Assembly: GCA_965235115.1 (NCBI GenBank)
Contig: OZ249436.1
Span: 11,968,001-12,032,000 of the forward strand
Direction: 5' to 3'
DNA: 64,000 bases
Source of the DNA: Laetmonice hystrix
Lineage: Eukaryota
The first letter of the stretch is position 1. The number at the start of each line of letters is the position of its first letter. The notes below the pieces were generated by a model. The model ran no database searches. It had not been told where the DNA came from and saw only the letters and a program-made list of their open reading frames with translations. A program made the position numbers and the translations under genes. Below are positions 38,131 to 49,300 of this stretch, one piece after another.

Positions 38131-38421
38131 GTAAGGTCATTGAATTCTCCAAGCTTGATCGGATATCGTAGAGGGGTGTTCCAGAGAATAATATCTTTGG
38201 GGTCAGATTTTAAAGGAATACCCCCTAAAGTATTAACCATCATATCACAACAATTGTGTTTACCAAGTCCTGCTTACCCCAACCCCCTTGACCTAAAACC
38301 TGGACCTGCCACTATTAATTAACTACAACTTCACGGTTTTACTTAGGACAGTGCAGATCCATCTAAGTGTTAACCTGTTGATCCTAAGGTACCTGCATTA
38401 GGGTGATCTTTATTGTTACAG

Positions 38422-38561
38422 ACAAAAATGAGCTCATGCCACCAGTGGTGTCGGAAGACAAGATCATGTTTGGCGTCCATGCACATGCCATGTCTCTAAT
38501 GACCATCGCAAAGATAAGAAAGGTCTACAACAAGGTGGATGCCAAGACTATAGCGAAACAG
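38422..38561 (+). CDS. WDFY3: WDFY3 exon 23 (KNELMP...KIRKVYNKVDAKTIAKQ)
   Basis: ttacag| ... CAG|gtcaga; phase 1->0. Confidence 0.92.
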
Positions 38562-38780
38562 GTCAGATTTCTTATCTTCTTATTTGTAAGTCATAATACA
38601 AAGGACATTAAGATGTCAATTGTAGGGGCATAATACTAAGTTTGTTCTTGGAATATGGCATTTGTTCTGACTGGAAACCCCCTGATCAGACGGATTTCTC
38701 ATGCAAGGGCCTTCGGTTGTAGCATAGAGTCAGTCCCAGAAAATTTGGAAAGGATTTCATTTTGGTCCATTTGAGAAAAA

Positions 38781-39615
38781 GCCATAGTAGCAGCCCATAG
38801 CGCTGTGGTATGACTCTAAAGCCATAGTAGCGGCCCATGGCGCTGTGGTATGACTTTAAAGCCATGGTAGTGGTCCATGGCGCTGTGGTATGACTCTAAG
38901 GCCATGGTAGTGGTCCATGGTGCTGTGGTATGACTCTAAGGCCATGGTAGTGGTCCATGGCGCTGTGGTATGACTCTAAGGCCATGGTAGTGGTCCATGG
39001 CGCTGTGGTATGACTCTAAAGCCATGGTAGTGGTCCATGGCGCTGTGGTATGACTCTAAAGCCATAGTAGCGGCCCATGGCGCTGTGGTATGACTCTAAA
39101 GCCATAGTAGCAGCCCATGGCGCTGTGGTATGACTCTAAAGCCATAGTAGCAGCCCATGGCGCTGTGGTATGACTCTAAAGCCATAGTAACGGCCCATGG
39201 CGCTGTGGTATGACTCTAAAGCCATAGTAGCGGCCCATGGCACTGTGGTATGACTCTAAAGCTATAGTAGCGGCCCATGGCACTGTGGTATGACTCTAAA
39301 GCCAGAGTAGCGGCCCGTGGCGCTATTGTGTGACTCTAAAGCCATGGTAGCGGCCCATGGCGCTGTGGTATGACTCTAAAGCCATAGTAGCGGCCCATGG
39401 CGCTGTGGTATGACTCTAAAGCCATAGTAGCGGCCCATGGCGCTGTGGTATGACTCTAAAGCCAGAGTAGCGGCCCGTGGCACTATTGTATGACTCTAAA
39501 GCCATGGTAGCGGCCCGTGGCGCTATTGTATGACTCTAAAGCCATGGTAGCGGCCCGTGGCGCTATTGTATGACTCTAAAGCCAGAGTAGCGGCCCATGG
39601 CGCTATGGTATGACT
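38781..39615. repeat. 40-bp minisatellite, about 21 copies
   Basis: Unit gccatagtagcggcccatggcgctgtggtatgactctaaa with variant blocks. Confidence 0.97.
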
Positions 39616-40673
39616 GCCAGAAGAGGCTGGGAATTGAGGTGAATGTATCTCCTCGGCTAGGATGAGATGGCAGAGGTACTTACTGATGGGATTCGCAGTG
39701 CTATGATTGACTCGTTCACCAGTTTTTTCATCCAGAAGGTAAGAGTTTGGAGCACAAGCCCCTGGAAGGCAATCCTTACGCCAAGGCTACGTGTGCTTGC
39801 CTATGGGCCAATCCTGGGTGAGCAAAGGATTGATCATGGCATCCTGAGGGCTAAATACTGCTTGGAATCAGATCCTGGGGCATTAGCATCATCAGTACTG
39901 CCCAGTGCTGGTGAACTGCTTCTAGTCCCCCTCCTGGCCTGGCTTGGAGGACCAACTAGTTTATTAGCGTATACCATAAACATCCCAGTAAAGGTTAGTT
40001 TGTGGTATCACAGCATCCTTAGATCTCTGCGTGTGTCTGGTGTGCAGCTTGAATAGTTACTATGGTAGGAGAAGAGATTTGCTCTCACTAAGGTCAAGTG
40101 TTACTATGGTAGGAGAAGAGATTTGCTCTCACTAAGGTTTAAGTCCTAGGTCTGACGGGTCAGTGTGACCTTCTGGGAGGGGAGTTCATTGTGTAATCGT
40201 TATGTTATATTATAAGGTCTGGAATCATACTTGATGGTACCATTGGTAAGATTACCGGTATAATTATGCAAATTGTCACGACATATCTCTATCCTATTAC
40301 TTGATGTACTTGAATTTCAGTGTTCAGAGATTTATATAATGGCATTTATATAATGGCATCATATATAAGAGTTATCGTTATAATGATCACTCAAGGTGTT
40401 ACTTGGTATTTGGTGTACATACATGTAGTTTGTTTACAGGTGTTTGATAAGTATTTCTCATTTTTCAGTCTTCAGCTGTTTTCTAGATAGCTACACATGT
40501 ATAGGTGTTTAGTAATGTCAAGTATAGCATTAGTTGCCGAAGCAAATTTGAGAAACGCAATACCTGTACATTTTGATCCACTAACAGTGGTAAATATATA
40601 AAATGCTGGTAGAATTTGGAGCACAATATCATGGAATATTAGAGAATTTTCAGCTTTCATTGTTTACTTTCAG

Positions 40674-40785
40674 CTGGGGATGTCAGCCCACGAGAATGCA
40701 ACCCCCATCAGGATCCTGCACAACTCAGCAGGCCACCTGAATGGGCCAGCTCGCAGCTTTGGCGCTATTCTCATGGGCTACCTAG
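40674..40785 (+). CDS. WDFY3: WDFY3 exon 24 (LGMSAHENATP...MGYL)
   Basis: tttcag| ... G|gtcagt; phase 0->1. Confidence 0.93.
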
Positions 40786-40964
40786 GTCAGTGCCAGCACA
40801 GGCAGTAAATGGGCAAAGCCAGTTGGCAAACATTGCTTAGGAATTGTAATTTTGTTATTGTAATGTAAAACTGTAAAATGACTACAACACTTTGAATGCT
40901 GGATGAACGTGCCCACCAGAGTATGTGTAGTGTTTGAATTAATGTGATGTCGTGAATCTCTCAG

Positions 40965-41155
40965 GGGTACGAACATTCTGTCCAAGGCCTGTCGCAAAGA
41001 TGATTCTGAACGTTGGAGGTACATCAGCATTACTTGGGTTGATTGCCATGGCAACAGACGTGGAAGGACTGTATGCTGCTGTGAAGGCATTGGTGTGTGT
41101 GGTCCGAAGTAACAGGGTGGCACAGCGTGAGATGGATAGAACTCAAGGCTACCAG
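40965..41155 (+). CDS. WDFY3: WDFY3 exon 25 (VRTFCPRPVA...TQGYQ)
   Basis: tctcag| ... CAG|gtattg; phase 1->0. Confidence 0.93.
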
Positions 41156-41303
41156 GTATTGTAGAATGTTTTTATAGTTTTCAAGTTTGCCTTTTAAAGT
41201 GTCTTTTCAGATAAGAATGGTGCTTGTCTTGTGTCTAGTGTCCCGTCCTGGATACTGTGTAGGAGGAATCAAGACTTGATACGTCATCCTTTGTCGTTTT
41301 TAG

Positions 41304-41456
41304 ACACTGGCAATGTTGTTCAAGAAGAAGCGCCACCTGTTGAACAGCCACATTCTTCACCTAACCTTCTCCCTGGTGGGAACCGTAGATAGTGGACGAG
41401 AGAGCACCGTCATTCCAAACAGTGACGCATTCCAGGACTTACTGTGTGACCTCGAG
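41304..41456 (+). CDS. WDFY3: WDFY3 exon 26 (TLAMLFKKK...FQDLLCDLE)
   Basis: ttttag| ... GAG|gtaact; phase 0->0. Confidence 0.93.
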
Positions 41457-41647
41457 GTAACTCTACAGTCACATTACATTAGACATCTGAAGTTTTAGTC
41501 ATATAAGCTTCATTTCTAAAGTTTAAAGAAAAATATATGCTGTTTCGTAAGGCGATGGCTAGTTAAAAAGAAATCGATGACATATTTAGGATGGAATGAT
41601 CTTGGAGGATCTTAGATTTTTTTTTATTTTCCACCCCTCTTACTCAG

Positions 41648-41721
41648 GTATGGCATGAGGCCCCAGGCGACCTCCAGAGGTCCCTGTACGAACACTTCTT
41701 TGAACTTCTCACTGAAAGCAG
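41648..41721 (+). CDS. WDFY3: WDFY3 exon 27 (VWHEAPGDLQRSLYEHFFELLTES)
   Basis: actcag| ... AG|gtttgt; phase 0->2. Confidence 0.92.
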
Positions 41722-41841
41722 GTTTGTACCCATGACTATTTGAGCCATCATTGCTTGGAAACATACCATTTATATTGGACATATTCCAATATAAAGGCTG
41801 TCCCAGGGAGTTGACTGACTGTTATTCTCTCAAACCTGCAG

Positions 41842-42000
41842 TGAGCAGAAGCTGAACTTGAAGTTGATGCAGGAGCTTGGGTTGGTGAGCAAGCTACTGC
41901 GCATCTTGCGTGACCCGTCGCTGACCCACCCCACTGTGCAGACCATCTCCAGTGTACTGACTGTCCTCCTGGGTAACGTCCATTCCACGTCACTCCTCCG
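41842..42000 (+). CDS. WDFY3: WDFY3 exon 28 (EQKLNLKLM...STSLLR)
   Basis: ctgcag| ... CG|gtaagt; phase 2->2. Confidence 0.92.
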
Positions 42001-42236
42001 GTAAGTCCCATTGGAACAGTATTATTCAACAGTATGAATGAAATCGACCTGTATCTATGGAAATTTTACATTTAGAGTAAATATTAATGGAGGAATGAAC
42101 CTGTATTCTTGTGCAACACAGTTCATTTAATGAATTATTTGAAATCAGTTTGTAGCCTTTCTTGCTAGGTTTTGAAGTGTTGAGACGATTTTTAGCTCGG
42201 ACAGTAGGTATTACAGATGATTTTATGTTGTAACAG

Positions 42237-42364
42237 GTTTGGACAGTTTGTAGTATCCACTCTACCAGCATACAATGTTTCTGAGAAAGGCATCGCCCTG
42301 ACCGAGACTGAGGTTATGTTGGATGGAGTTGACAGGAAGCTCTTGCCTAACACAGACGTTACAG
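42237..42364 (+). CDS. WDFY3: WDFY3 exon 29 (FGQFVVSTLP...TDVT)
   Basis: taacag| ... G|gtcagt; phase 2->1. Confidence 0.9.
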
Positions 42365-42603
42365 GTCAGTGCATCAGATAACAGCGCTTCCTACCAACTC
42401 AGGCCTTCTAATGGTAACAGTATTAGTTTTAGGGGAACACATAGGTCATCTATATATCGGTATTAATGCCGTAACTATCTACATTACAGAATGATACACA
42501 GGAGCTCACAGAAATCTTAGTATTATAGATTCAGTAAGTATTGTAATACCCAGACAAAGAGTACAGTATTGTAGTCTAATGAATTGTTACCTGTTTCGTG
42601 CAG

Positions 42604-42715
42604 ATGGTGAAAACGGAGCTGTGTTGATCCACAACATCCAGCTGCGCAATCAGCTGTTAATGATCCTGTTTAAGCTGCTGCAGTCCCACCCGACAAGTCA
42701 TGGGGTTAACATGCA
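42604..42715 (+). CDS. WDFY3: WDFY3 exon 30 (GENGAV...IQLRNQLL...GVNM)
   Basis: gtgcag| ... CA|gtgagt; phase 1->2. Confidence 0.9.
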
Positions 42716-42901
42716 GTGAGTAGCTGAATAATGGCATGATAAAATATTCCATCTGAGAAAATTGCCTTATGTTAATACTGGAATATATTTTAGATTCTAT
42801 GATAAGTACGCCACTTAAAAAAAAGATATGTAGAATCTAGTCTCGTACTTAGTCTAATGATTTGAAAAAGGTTTTATAAAGGAGCCACTTTCCTTCAACA
42901 G

Positions 42902-43119
42902 AATGGTAGAAGAACTTCAACGAGTGCTCGGGTTTGACTGGCTGACGCTGTTCATGCAAGGCGGGCTGCATCCGTCAACTGTTGTGTTGGCCATGCGCAT
43001 GCTGGTGGTCCTGCTGGCCTGGCCCTCCGCTATGAACAAGTTCCGTGAGGGGCTGTGTGGCGGCGGCTGGTTGAGTGAGACCGAGTGTGTGCTCCAGAAC
43101 AGGATTGGCATGGTGCTAG
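42902..43119 (+). CDS. WDFY3: WDFY3 exon 31 (MVEELQRVLGFDW...GGGWL...IGMVL)
   Basis: caacag| ... G|gtaagt; phase 2->1. Confidence 0.93.
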
Positions 43120-44148
43120 GTAAGTGGATGGATTCGTGTATTCCTCACAAATCGTCTGCCTGAGCAATTTGATGATTACGGTGTGGCGTGTACAGTGACT
43201 AAGGTGTCCATTTTGATGTGGTCTTTGTTTCTGTCCCATATTTTACTTATCAATGTAATTAAAAGTTGTGTCAAAGCTAATATGTAACATTTACCGGTAA
43301 GTGAAACAGTTAAGCCCATGTAATTGGACACGAAACCGAGGTTAAATCTGCAAGTTCTGTTCTGAAAGTCTTGCTTTGGCTTCCACTGACTGTATACTCC
43401 ATAATAAAACATGAAGACAGTCATTCAGATTTAGGGATTGAAATTCTGTGTAAAATCCAGAGAAGTTGACCATACCTGCCCTGACTTTACTTCCTACAGT
43501 CAGCTCAGAGAGTACTGTGAAACGTGAGCACTTTGTGTTCTGAAGTAACTCAGTGTTTAGATGTCAATTTTGGTATAGAAACACATTTTGAGCACCTTTT
43601 GTCGGTAGTCTGCTCAAGAAATATTCTACAGAAGAATATTACATGGAGAACCTGTATCAACCTTGGCTACCACATTTTGTAAATTGGCACGATATCTTCA
43701 GGGGATTTTCATGTGTGAAGAATTCAAACATCCTATTTTTGTCTCTTTTGGATGTTGAATTCCGAGTAACCTTATTTTCAAGCCATGTTGTGCACTCTTG
43801 CCATCTCAGCGTAGAAAACTTCCACAGGTACTGGTGTTCTAGGGCACTTCATTTCCATGGTTTACATTATGGCCAGAGCTGACTGAATGAGCAAAGGACT
43901 TGTGAACCTGTTGCTCAGAAGCATAGATTATTTTATTGCTATACTCCGACTTCTTTCTGCTACCTAATTTTTTTTGTGTATTTCCCTGCTTGGTCCCTTA
44001 CTCGCTTTAACCCTCATTCTCTGTACGTATCAGATTATTACATTTCTGTCTTACCAACAAACAGCCGTATCTCTCCTCAGAGATAATTCTGTCAGTAGTG
44101 CATGATATTCCACTGTTATGTTGTTCACCTGTCTCAGACTGTTTTATC

Positions 44149-44425
44149 CTGATACTGTTGGTGATGCTGTTTTATCTAACCTGATACTGTTGGTGATGCT
44201 GTTTTATCTAACCTGATACTGTTGGTGATGCTGTTTTATCTAACCTGATACTGTTGGTGATGCTGTTTTATCTAACCTGATACTGTTGGTGATGCTGTTT
44301 TATCTAACCTGATACTGTTGGTGATGCTGTTTTATCTAACCTGATACTGTTGGTGATGCTGTTTTATCTAACCTGATACTGTTGGTGATGCTGTTTTATC
44401 TAACCTGATATTGTTGGTGATGCTG
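44149..44425. repeat. 32-bp tandem repeat, 8 full copies plus 1 partial, abutting the exon 32 acceptor
   Basis: Unit ctgatactgttggtgatgctgttttatctaac. Confidence 0.97.
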
Positions 44426-44429
44426 ACAG

Positions 44430-44617
44430 GGTTCAGTCTCAACGCGAGCGGTAACCGTAACCAGAAGCGTGAGATTAACGTGGACACGTGTCACCTGCCC
44501 GGCTTCACGGCCCTCCAATGGCTGCTACCGAAACATACCGACATCCCGACACTCTACTTCCTACTTATGGCGCTGCTGCTCGGCCAGCCCGTCAAGGTTC
44601 TCCCCAAACACATCCAG
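44430..44617 (+). CDS. WDFY3: WDFY3 exon 32 (FSLNASG...PGFTALQ...LPKHIQ)
   Basis: tgacag| ... CAG|gtatgt; phase 1->0. Confidence 0.92.
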
Positions 44618-44944
44618 GTATGTATCATTTGCGAGTTACATGGTCTTTTCTTTGTTAAATTCCCGTGGAAAAACATGGGAGATTTAACAAACGGAGAGTC
44701 GTGCGACTGGCGCCAGGCCATGACATGGAAATAAGTCACAGAAGGGTACAGAGGAAGGTGCTGGATCTGTACTCGAGAAAATAAAGTTCAATAAACTGTA
44801 AGAATGATGATTTATCACAAAGACTAAAAGAAACGGCGGGATCTTTTTCTAATATATATTCTAATATATAAGGTTGTTAAGATTTTCCCAAGAGGAAATG
44901 ACATGTTGTTAAGTCTCGTGATTCAGGTTTAATGTCTCTTACAG

Positions 44945-45091
44945 TTTGACCTGGATTCGGTCTTGACCTATGTGTTTGGTGCACCTGCAAACCAGCCTAC
45001 CATTGCCAGACAGCGCAAAGAAACAAAGGCCGAGTTTTGTGCTGAGGCAGCCATTGTCATACTCGCCATGATCCGCTCCATGCTCAATCAG
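44945..45091 (+). CDS. WDFY3: WDFY3 exon 33 (FDLDSVLTYVFG...RSMLNQ)
   Basis: ttacag| ... CAG|gtgggt; phase 0->0. Confidence 0.92.
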
Positions 45092-45378
45092 GTGGGTACA
45101 TCAGCCCCTCCCGCTCCCGAAAGAAAATATTCTGGATGATGTCATAAACAGACGCCTTCACCCTACCCTTAGATAAATTCTTGAATGCGCCCTCAACTTA
45201 TCTGGTCGTCTTGTCACAGTCTAACCATCTCCCCATTGGATTAATCAACCTAGTGTTATGGCAAAGTCTCATTAGCTAAGGCTGTGATCAGAAGGACCAA
45301 GAATAAGCTTACTAGCCAGTGAGACATCCGATACCCTTGTCCCTGACATTACTGACACTGACTGCCTTGTAATTACAG

Positions 45379-45588
45379 AGTTGGGAGCCTGATGATGGCC
45401 AGACGTGGCTCCAGGAGTACCCTGTCATCCTGATGCAGTTTCTCCTCTTTCTCTACCACAACCAGGGAGACTTCGCGCCACTCTGTATGGGTGGGGACTT
45501 CTTGTGTGGCCTCGCTGCTACCCTGTTTCCTTACAGATTCCTAGCCGACAGTAGTTCCGAACTCTCCCTGCCCATCGAGGACTTCAAG
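45379..45588 (+). CDS. WDFY3: WDFY3 exon 34 (SWEPDD...WLQEYPV...IEDFK)
   Basis: ttacag| ... AAG|gtaata; phase 0->0. Confidence 0.92.
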
Positions 45589-45812
45589 GTAATAATACCT
45601 CGATAGACAGCTCACAATATATACTTGTAGACTGTCATATGAAAGATTGAAGACCATATAAGGCAGCTATTTTTTAAAAAGTTATAATTCTATGAAAAAA
45701 AAATACAAAGAGTGCTGTCACTTTTTATTCTAAACGGTGATTTTATTTTCTCGTTAGGTATTTTTGTGCAAATTCAGGTCTTTTTTAAAATCAAATATTT
45801 CTTATTTGGCAG

Positions 45813-45876
45813 CCATTCCCTGGATCCGACTCCATGCTATTTTTCAAGACCCAAGACAACACTACAGTTCCACAAA
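45813..45876 (+). CDS. WDFY3: Probable WDFY3 exon 35 (PFPGSDSMLFFKTQDNTTVPQ)
   Basis: cttatttggcag| ... A|gtaagt; open in phase 0->1; poorly conserved linker so homology cannot confirm. Confidence 0.65.
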
Positions 45877-46252
45877 GTAAGTTCCACCATGTTCAGTAGT
45901 TTTCTTGCTATTGTCAGAGCAGACCAATAAGTCCTAAATTTGAAAAGTGTAGTTCGTGTAGTACCCACCAGGTGGCATTTGAAAATGCGTCCTATCATAA
46001 TTAATTAAGGGTGCGCAGTTACAGTCCATCTGTTATTTAGGGTGTACAGATGATACAATTTTTCCTATTGAAACTGACTTACGGTCCTGAAACTGACTCA
46101 GTGAGTTAGTTAATCAGTGATGAAGGAGTCAAGACAGACTAGTCACAGTCCAGGGGTTTCCCAGGAAATGGATGACTTGGTTAATTTAGGAGCTGGAAGG
46201 TTTGAACAGGAAAGCAGGAGCTTTTAAACTTAACTAATTGTGTATCTTCTAG

Positions 46253-46300
46253 GCGAACATGTCAAGACTCCTATGTTCTGCAGCGAAGGCAATATTACCC
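46253..46300 (+). CDS. WDFY3: Probable WDFY3 exon 36 (48 nt; SEHVKTPMFCSEGNIT in phase 1)
   Basis: Branch-like ctaat, tcttctag| ... C|gtgagt; length is a multiple of 3 and the frame is open. Confidence 0.55.
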
Positions 46301-49300
46301 GTGAGTTGGTTCCTTACCGTTTATGAAGGGAACACTGGTGCCACCTACTGGAACTTGCTGAAATTAATACCCACTAATTTACAAACTTTAAATTCTCTTT
46401 CACTAACAGCAACCGCGTCTTATGGGTACTACGTTATGAACTTATCAGGCTGTGTAACTCCTGCCTGGCATGGATTACTTTCTTCCTTGTTTGTAGGTCA
46501 TCGGTATCGTGGAACAATTGATAATACTCAATCGTAGTGTGCAACTATTTTGCATACTTTGATCAGGAAGTGCATGATATATGTATAAATCTAGTTAAGC
46601 TTGAGCTGATCTATTCCTAGGAACATTTTACCCATACAAATTGTCATTCTGGTCATAGAGGCATGTGTGATTGTCCCACGACTAACAAAGTTCCTACGGT
46701 TATCATTCTTTGAGGGTCTGGGTCTCCCACGCTTTTTAGTGGTAGCAACCTTTGAAAAAACAGCAACTTACTTACCAGTACTTTTCAGGTGGCTTTGGTC
46801 GGTCACGTATGTTTTGTCATTGACAGAATACAGCAGGAATGGAAGAGCGTTCATGTTGAAACAGTTAACGACCGTTTTTTTTAGTACTTGGCCTTTGTGT
46901 TTTGTCCCTCGTATTTTGTTCTTCCTGGTGTATTAATAGGAAGTACAAATGTACATGTTTCTTCCTATAACTGCAGCAGTAGTAGTGTAACATTTAACTT
47001 TTAAAAAAGTACTTTTTGCTCACGTCATGATATTTTTGTGACGAGGAAAAGATCCATAAACACATCCCACACCATCCCTGATCTTGCTTTATGTCTGTTT
47101 TAGTTTTTAAATATTTTGTTGTCTTAAAAACAACAGCAACAGTGTGGAGTAACTAAGGTGTAATAAATTACTTAGATTTGCAGACTTTACATTCTTACTA
47201 GCAAGTGACGGCGATGGTGCTAAATGCATTCTTTGGGTGTTAGAAATGTTGTAATGTTAGTCATGTCGAAATTTACGAACATTGAAAAAATGTATCTTTA
47301 CCTAAACTAGAGAGCGGGGAAAACATAAAATGGGAAACGTGTGTCCTACAGGATATAAAGACCAAGCCCACTTATGATATGTAGCCTTGGGACCCGTTGA
47401 AGTAGCATTAATACGAGCTGTCTAGGATACAGAGTAAGGTAGATGTCATAATCTCTTCCGCATTCCTGAAAATTGAAGTGAAGGAATTCGCCTTTTAAAT
47501 TATTGTTTCTGTTTCCATACTTCATAACAAGAGCCTAAGATTGTTATAAGAGAATGTCCATAGTGGACATACAAGGTGTGAAGTGGTAACCACGGTCAGT
47601 TTGGGGTTCCATCCAGCAGACGCTCTGAGGTATAGAGAAAAATATATGTGAAACTTAACACCTTTAACTAAACAAACGAAAATAAAGAATGTCTATAGGA
47701 ATATAAGAACAGCATAGCTGATGCTGTTGTTATTTGGCAATATTCAAGGGGAAGAGGAGGGCGGGAACCGATTCCCACCTGGCCCTGTCAAGGCCCACAT
47801 GTTGTAGTTGTGAAGTATTGACAGGTCAGTGCTGAATGACGGACTACCTGGCCAGGTGGTTGGCTGACGACGGTCGTCAAGGAGACGGATGACGCAGGCC
47901 GCCGGCCGGCGGGTGTTGACACGGCGGTGATGTAATGATACTGATAGACAAGGAGATCAGAGTATGTCTGACCGGTGGGTTACACATCACTCATCCCCAG
48001 CTGTATCTCCTACCAACAGCACCAGGTCAACATACATAAAGTAGGACGGAGCGTGTGAGCTTCTTCACCTACTACATCCATAATGTCAAGGAGTTCAGTT
48101 GATGGGTACGATTTGTGGCCCGTAACTGTACATCGACATTGGCACACAATGATATTGCCCTTTTCGAAATTGAATAATCTCCTTTATCTATAAATTGTTT
48201 ATCTGGGAAGCTTGAGCTCTAAAAGAGATTAAACGTCGGTTGGCGGTTACATATTCTGTAAGGCACGAACCCATGCCTATATTTGAAGTGTTATGGGGGA
48301 TTATCCAAGTTATTGGAAGAGGGGAAACAAAAAACAGAAAAAAGGTTGGCAGCAGCGCAGTATATTTTTGTCAAGTTGCTCAGAATAACGCAATACTGAG
48401 AGTGCATTGGCAGGTTCTGAGCTGGGTTCCGTCCAAACAAACGAACCAGAAGTCAGACCTGACGTAAACCGAGAACTAAAATCCTCACGAAGCGGAATGG
48501 TATTCGCTAACGTAAGGTCACAGCCAAGAAGTCCGCTGGATCGAATACCACGCATTGACTCGGACACTTCATTAACCATGCTGCTCATGGCTGCGGAAAG
48601 ACCAACTCAGACCAACGCTGCACTTTGTCCATCGCATCATATATTCTAGAAACCTTATGTTAAGTATGAGAAGTGGTTTTCATGTTTAACCATGACCATG
48701 TTTGGCAGTAAGCCGATGTGTTTTGTTTTATTAATATAGTGGGGCACATAGATAGAATATAAAACATTCATTGCAAATATGTATCACTGCAACACACACA
48801 GAAAAACTTAATCGCAGGCTTAATTTGAGGATCACGAAATACTTCTAAGACTTTTTTTAAGTTTCGTTCTTGTGTACTATCCCGTAACCCCCCCCCCCCC
48901 CCCCCCCAGTATTTTTTAGAATCAACCTTCTGAATTGAGGGCATGCTGCCCTGCTAACGCTGGGGGTGAACGTGGTCTAAGATACCTGCCAGGCGACCTG
49001 CCTCTCACAGGGCTGTTAGGCAGCCTCAACGCACAATATTCAAACCAGTCTGAAAAAATGGCAGGCCAGGCGAGAAGGGGAGCGGGGGGGGGGGGGATTC
49101 ACAGACTACTTGAATTGAGTGCTAGCCAGATATATAGGGAGTTTAAAAGTGGCTACCATTGCTGTGGCTGAGCTTGACAGACCGGTACGCAGTAACGTGG
49201 AAAAATTCTAATTATTTCATGAATCATACTTAAATATACCTCAGCCAGCTTTTTGTGTTATTTTAGATATAGTTGTTCCATTCCTAAGTTAAGTGCATGA

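Larger units (their letters stand above)
4484..46300 (+). other. WDFY3: WDFY3/Alfy (blue cheese) orthologue, multi-exon gene, 5' half only (about 1940 aa of ARM-like plus ConA-like region); continues beyond the window
   Basis: Peptides match WDFY3 from recall (QDNTLGLMHLRKLF, SRLMVSEIRRRASNQST, GGARCAHN, HENATPIRILHNSAGHLNGPARS, WLQEYPVILMQF). 34 exons with canonical GT-AG ends have consistent phases and sum to 5721 nt = 1907 codons. Confidence 0.96.

Noticed and set aside
38781..39615. 40-bp array as CRISPR or coding repeat
   Set aside because: Head-to-tail units with no unique spacers, stops in the unit, eukaryotic intron: an ordinary minisatellite.
44065..44094. Possible 30-nt phase-1 exon (AVSLLRDNSV)
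   Set aside because: Long pyrimidine tract upstream but weak donor (A|gtagtg) and competing AGs.
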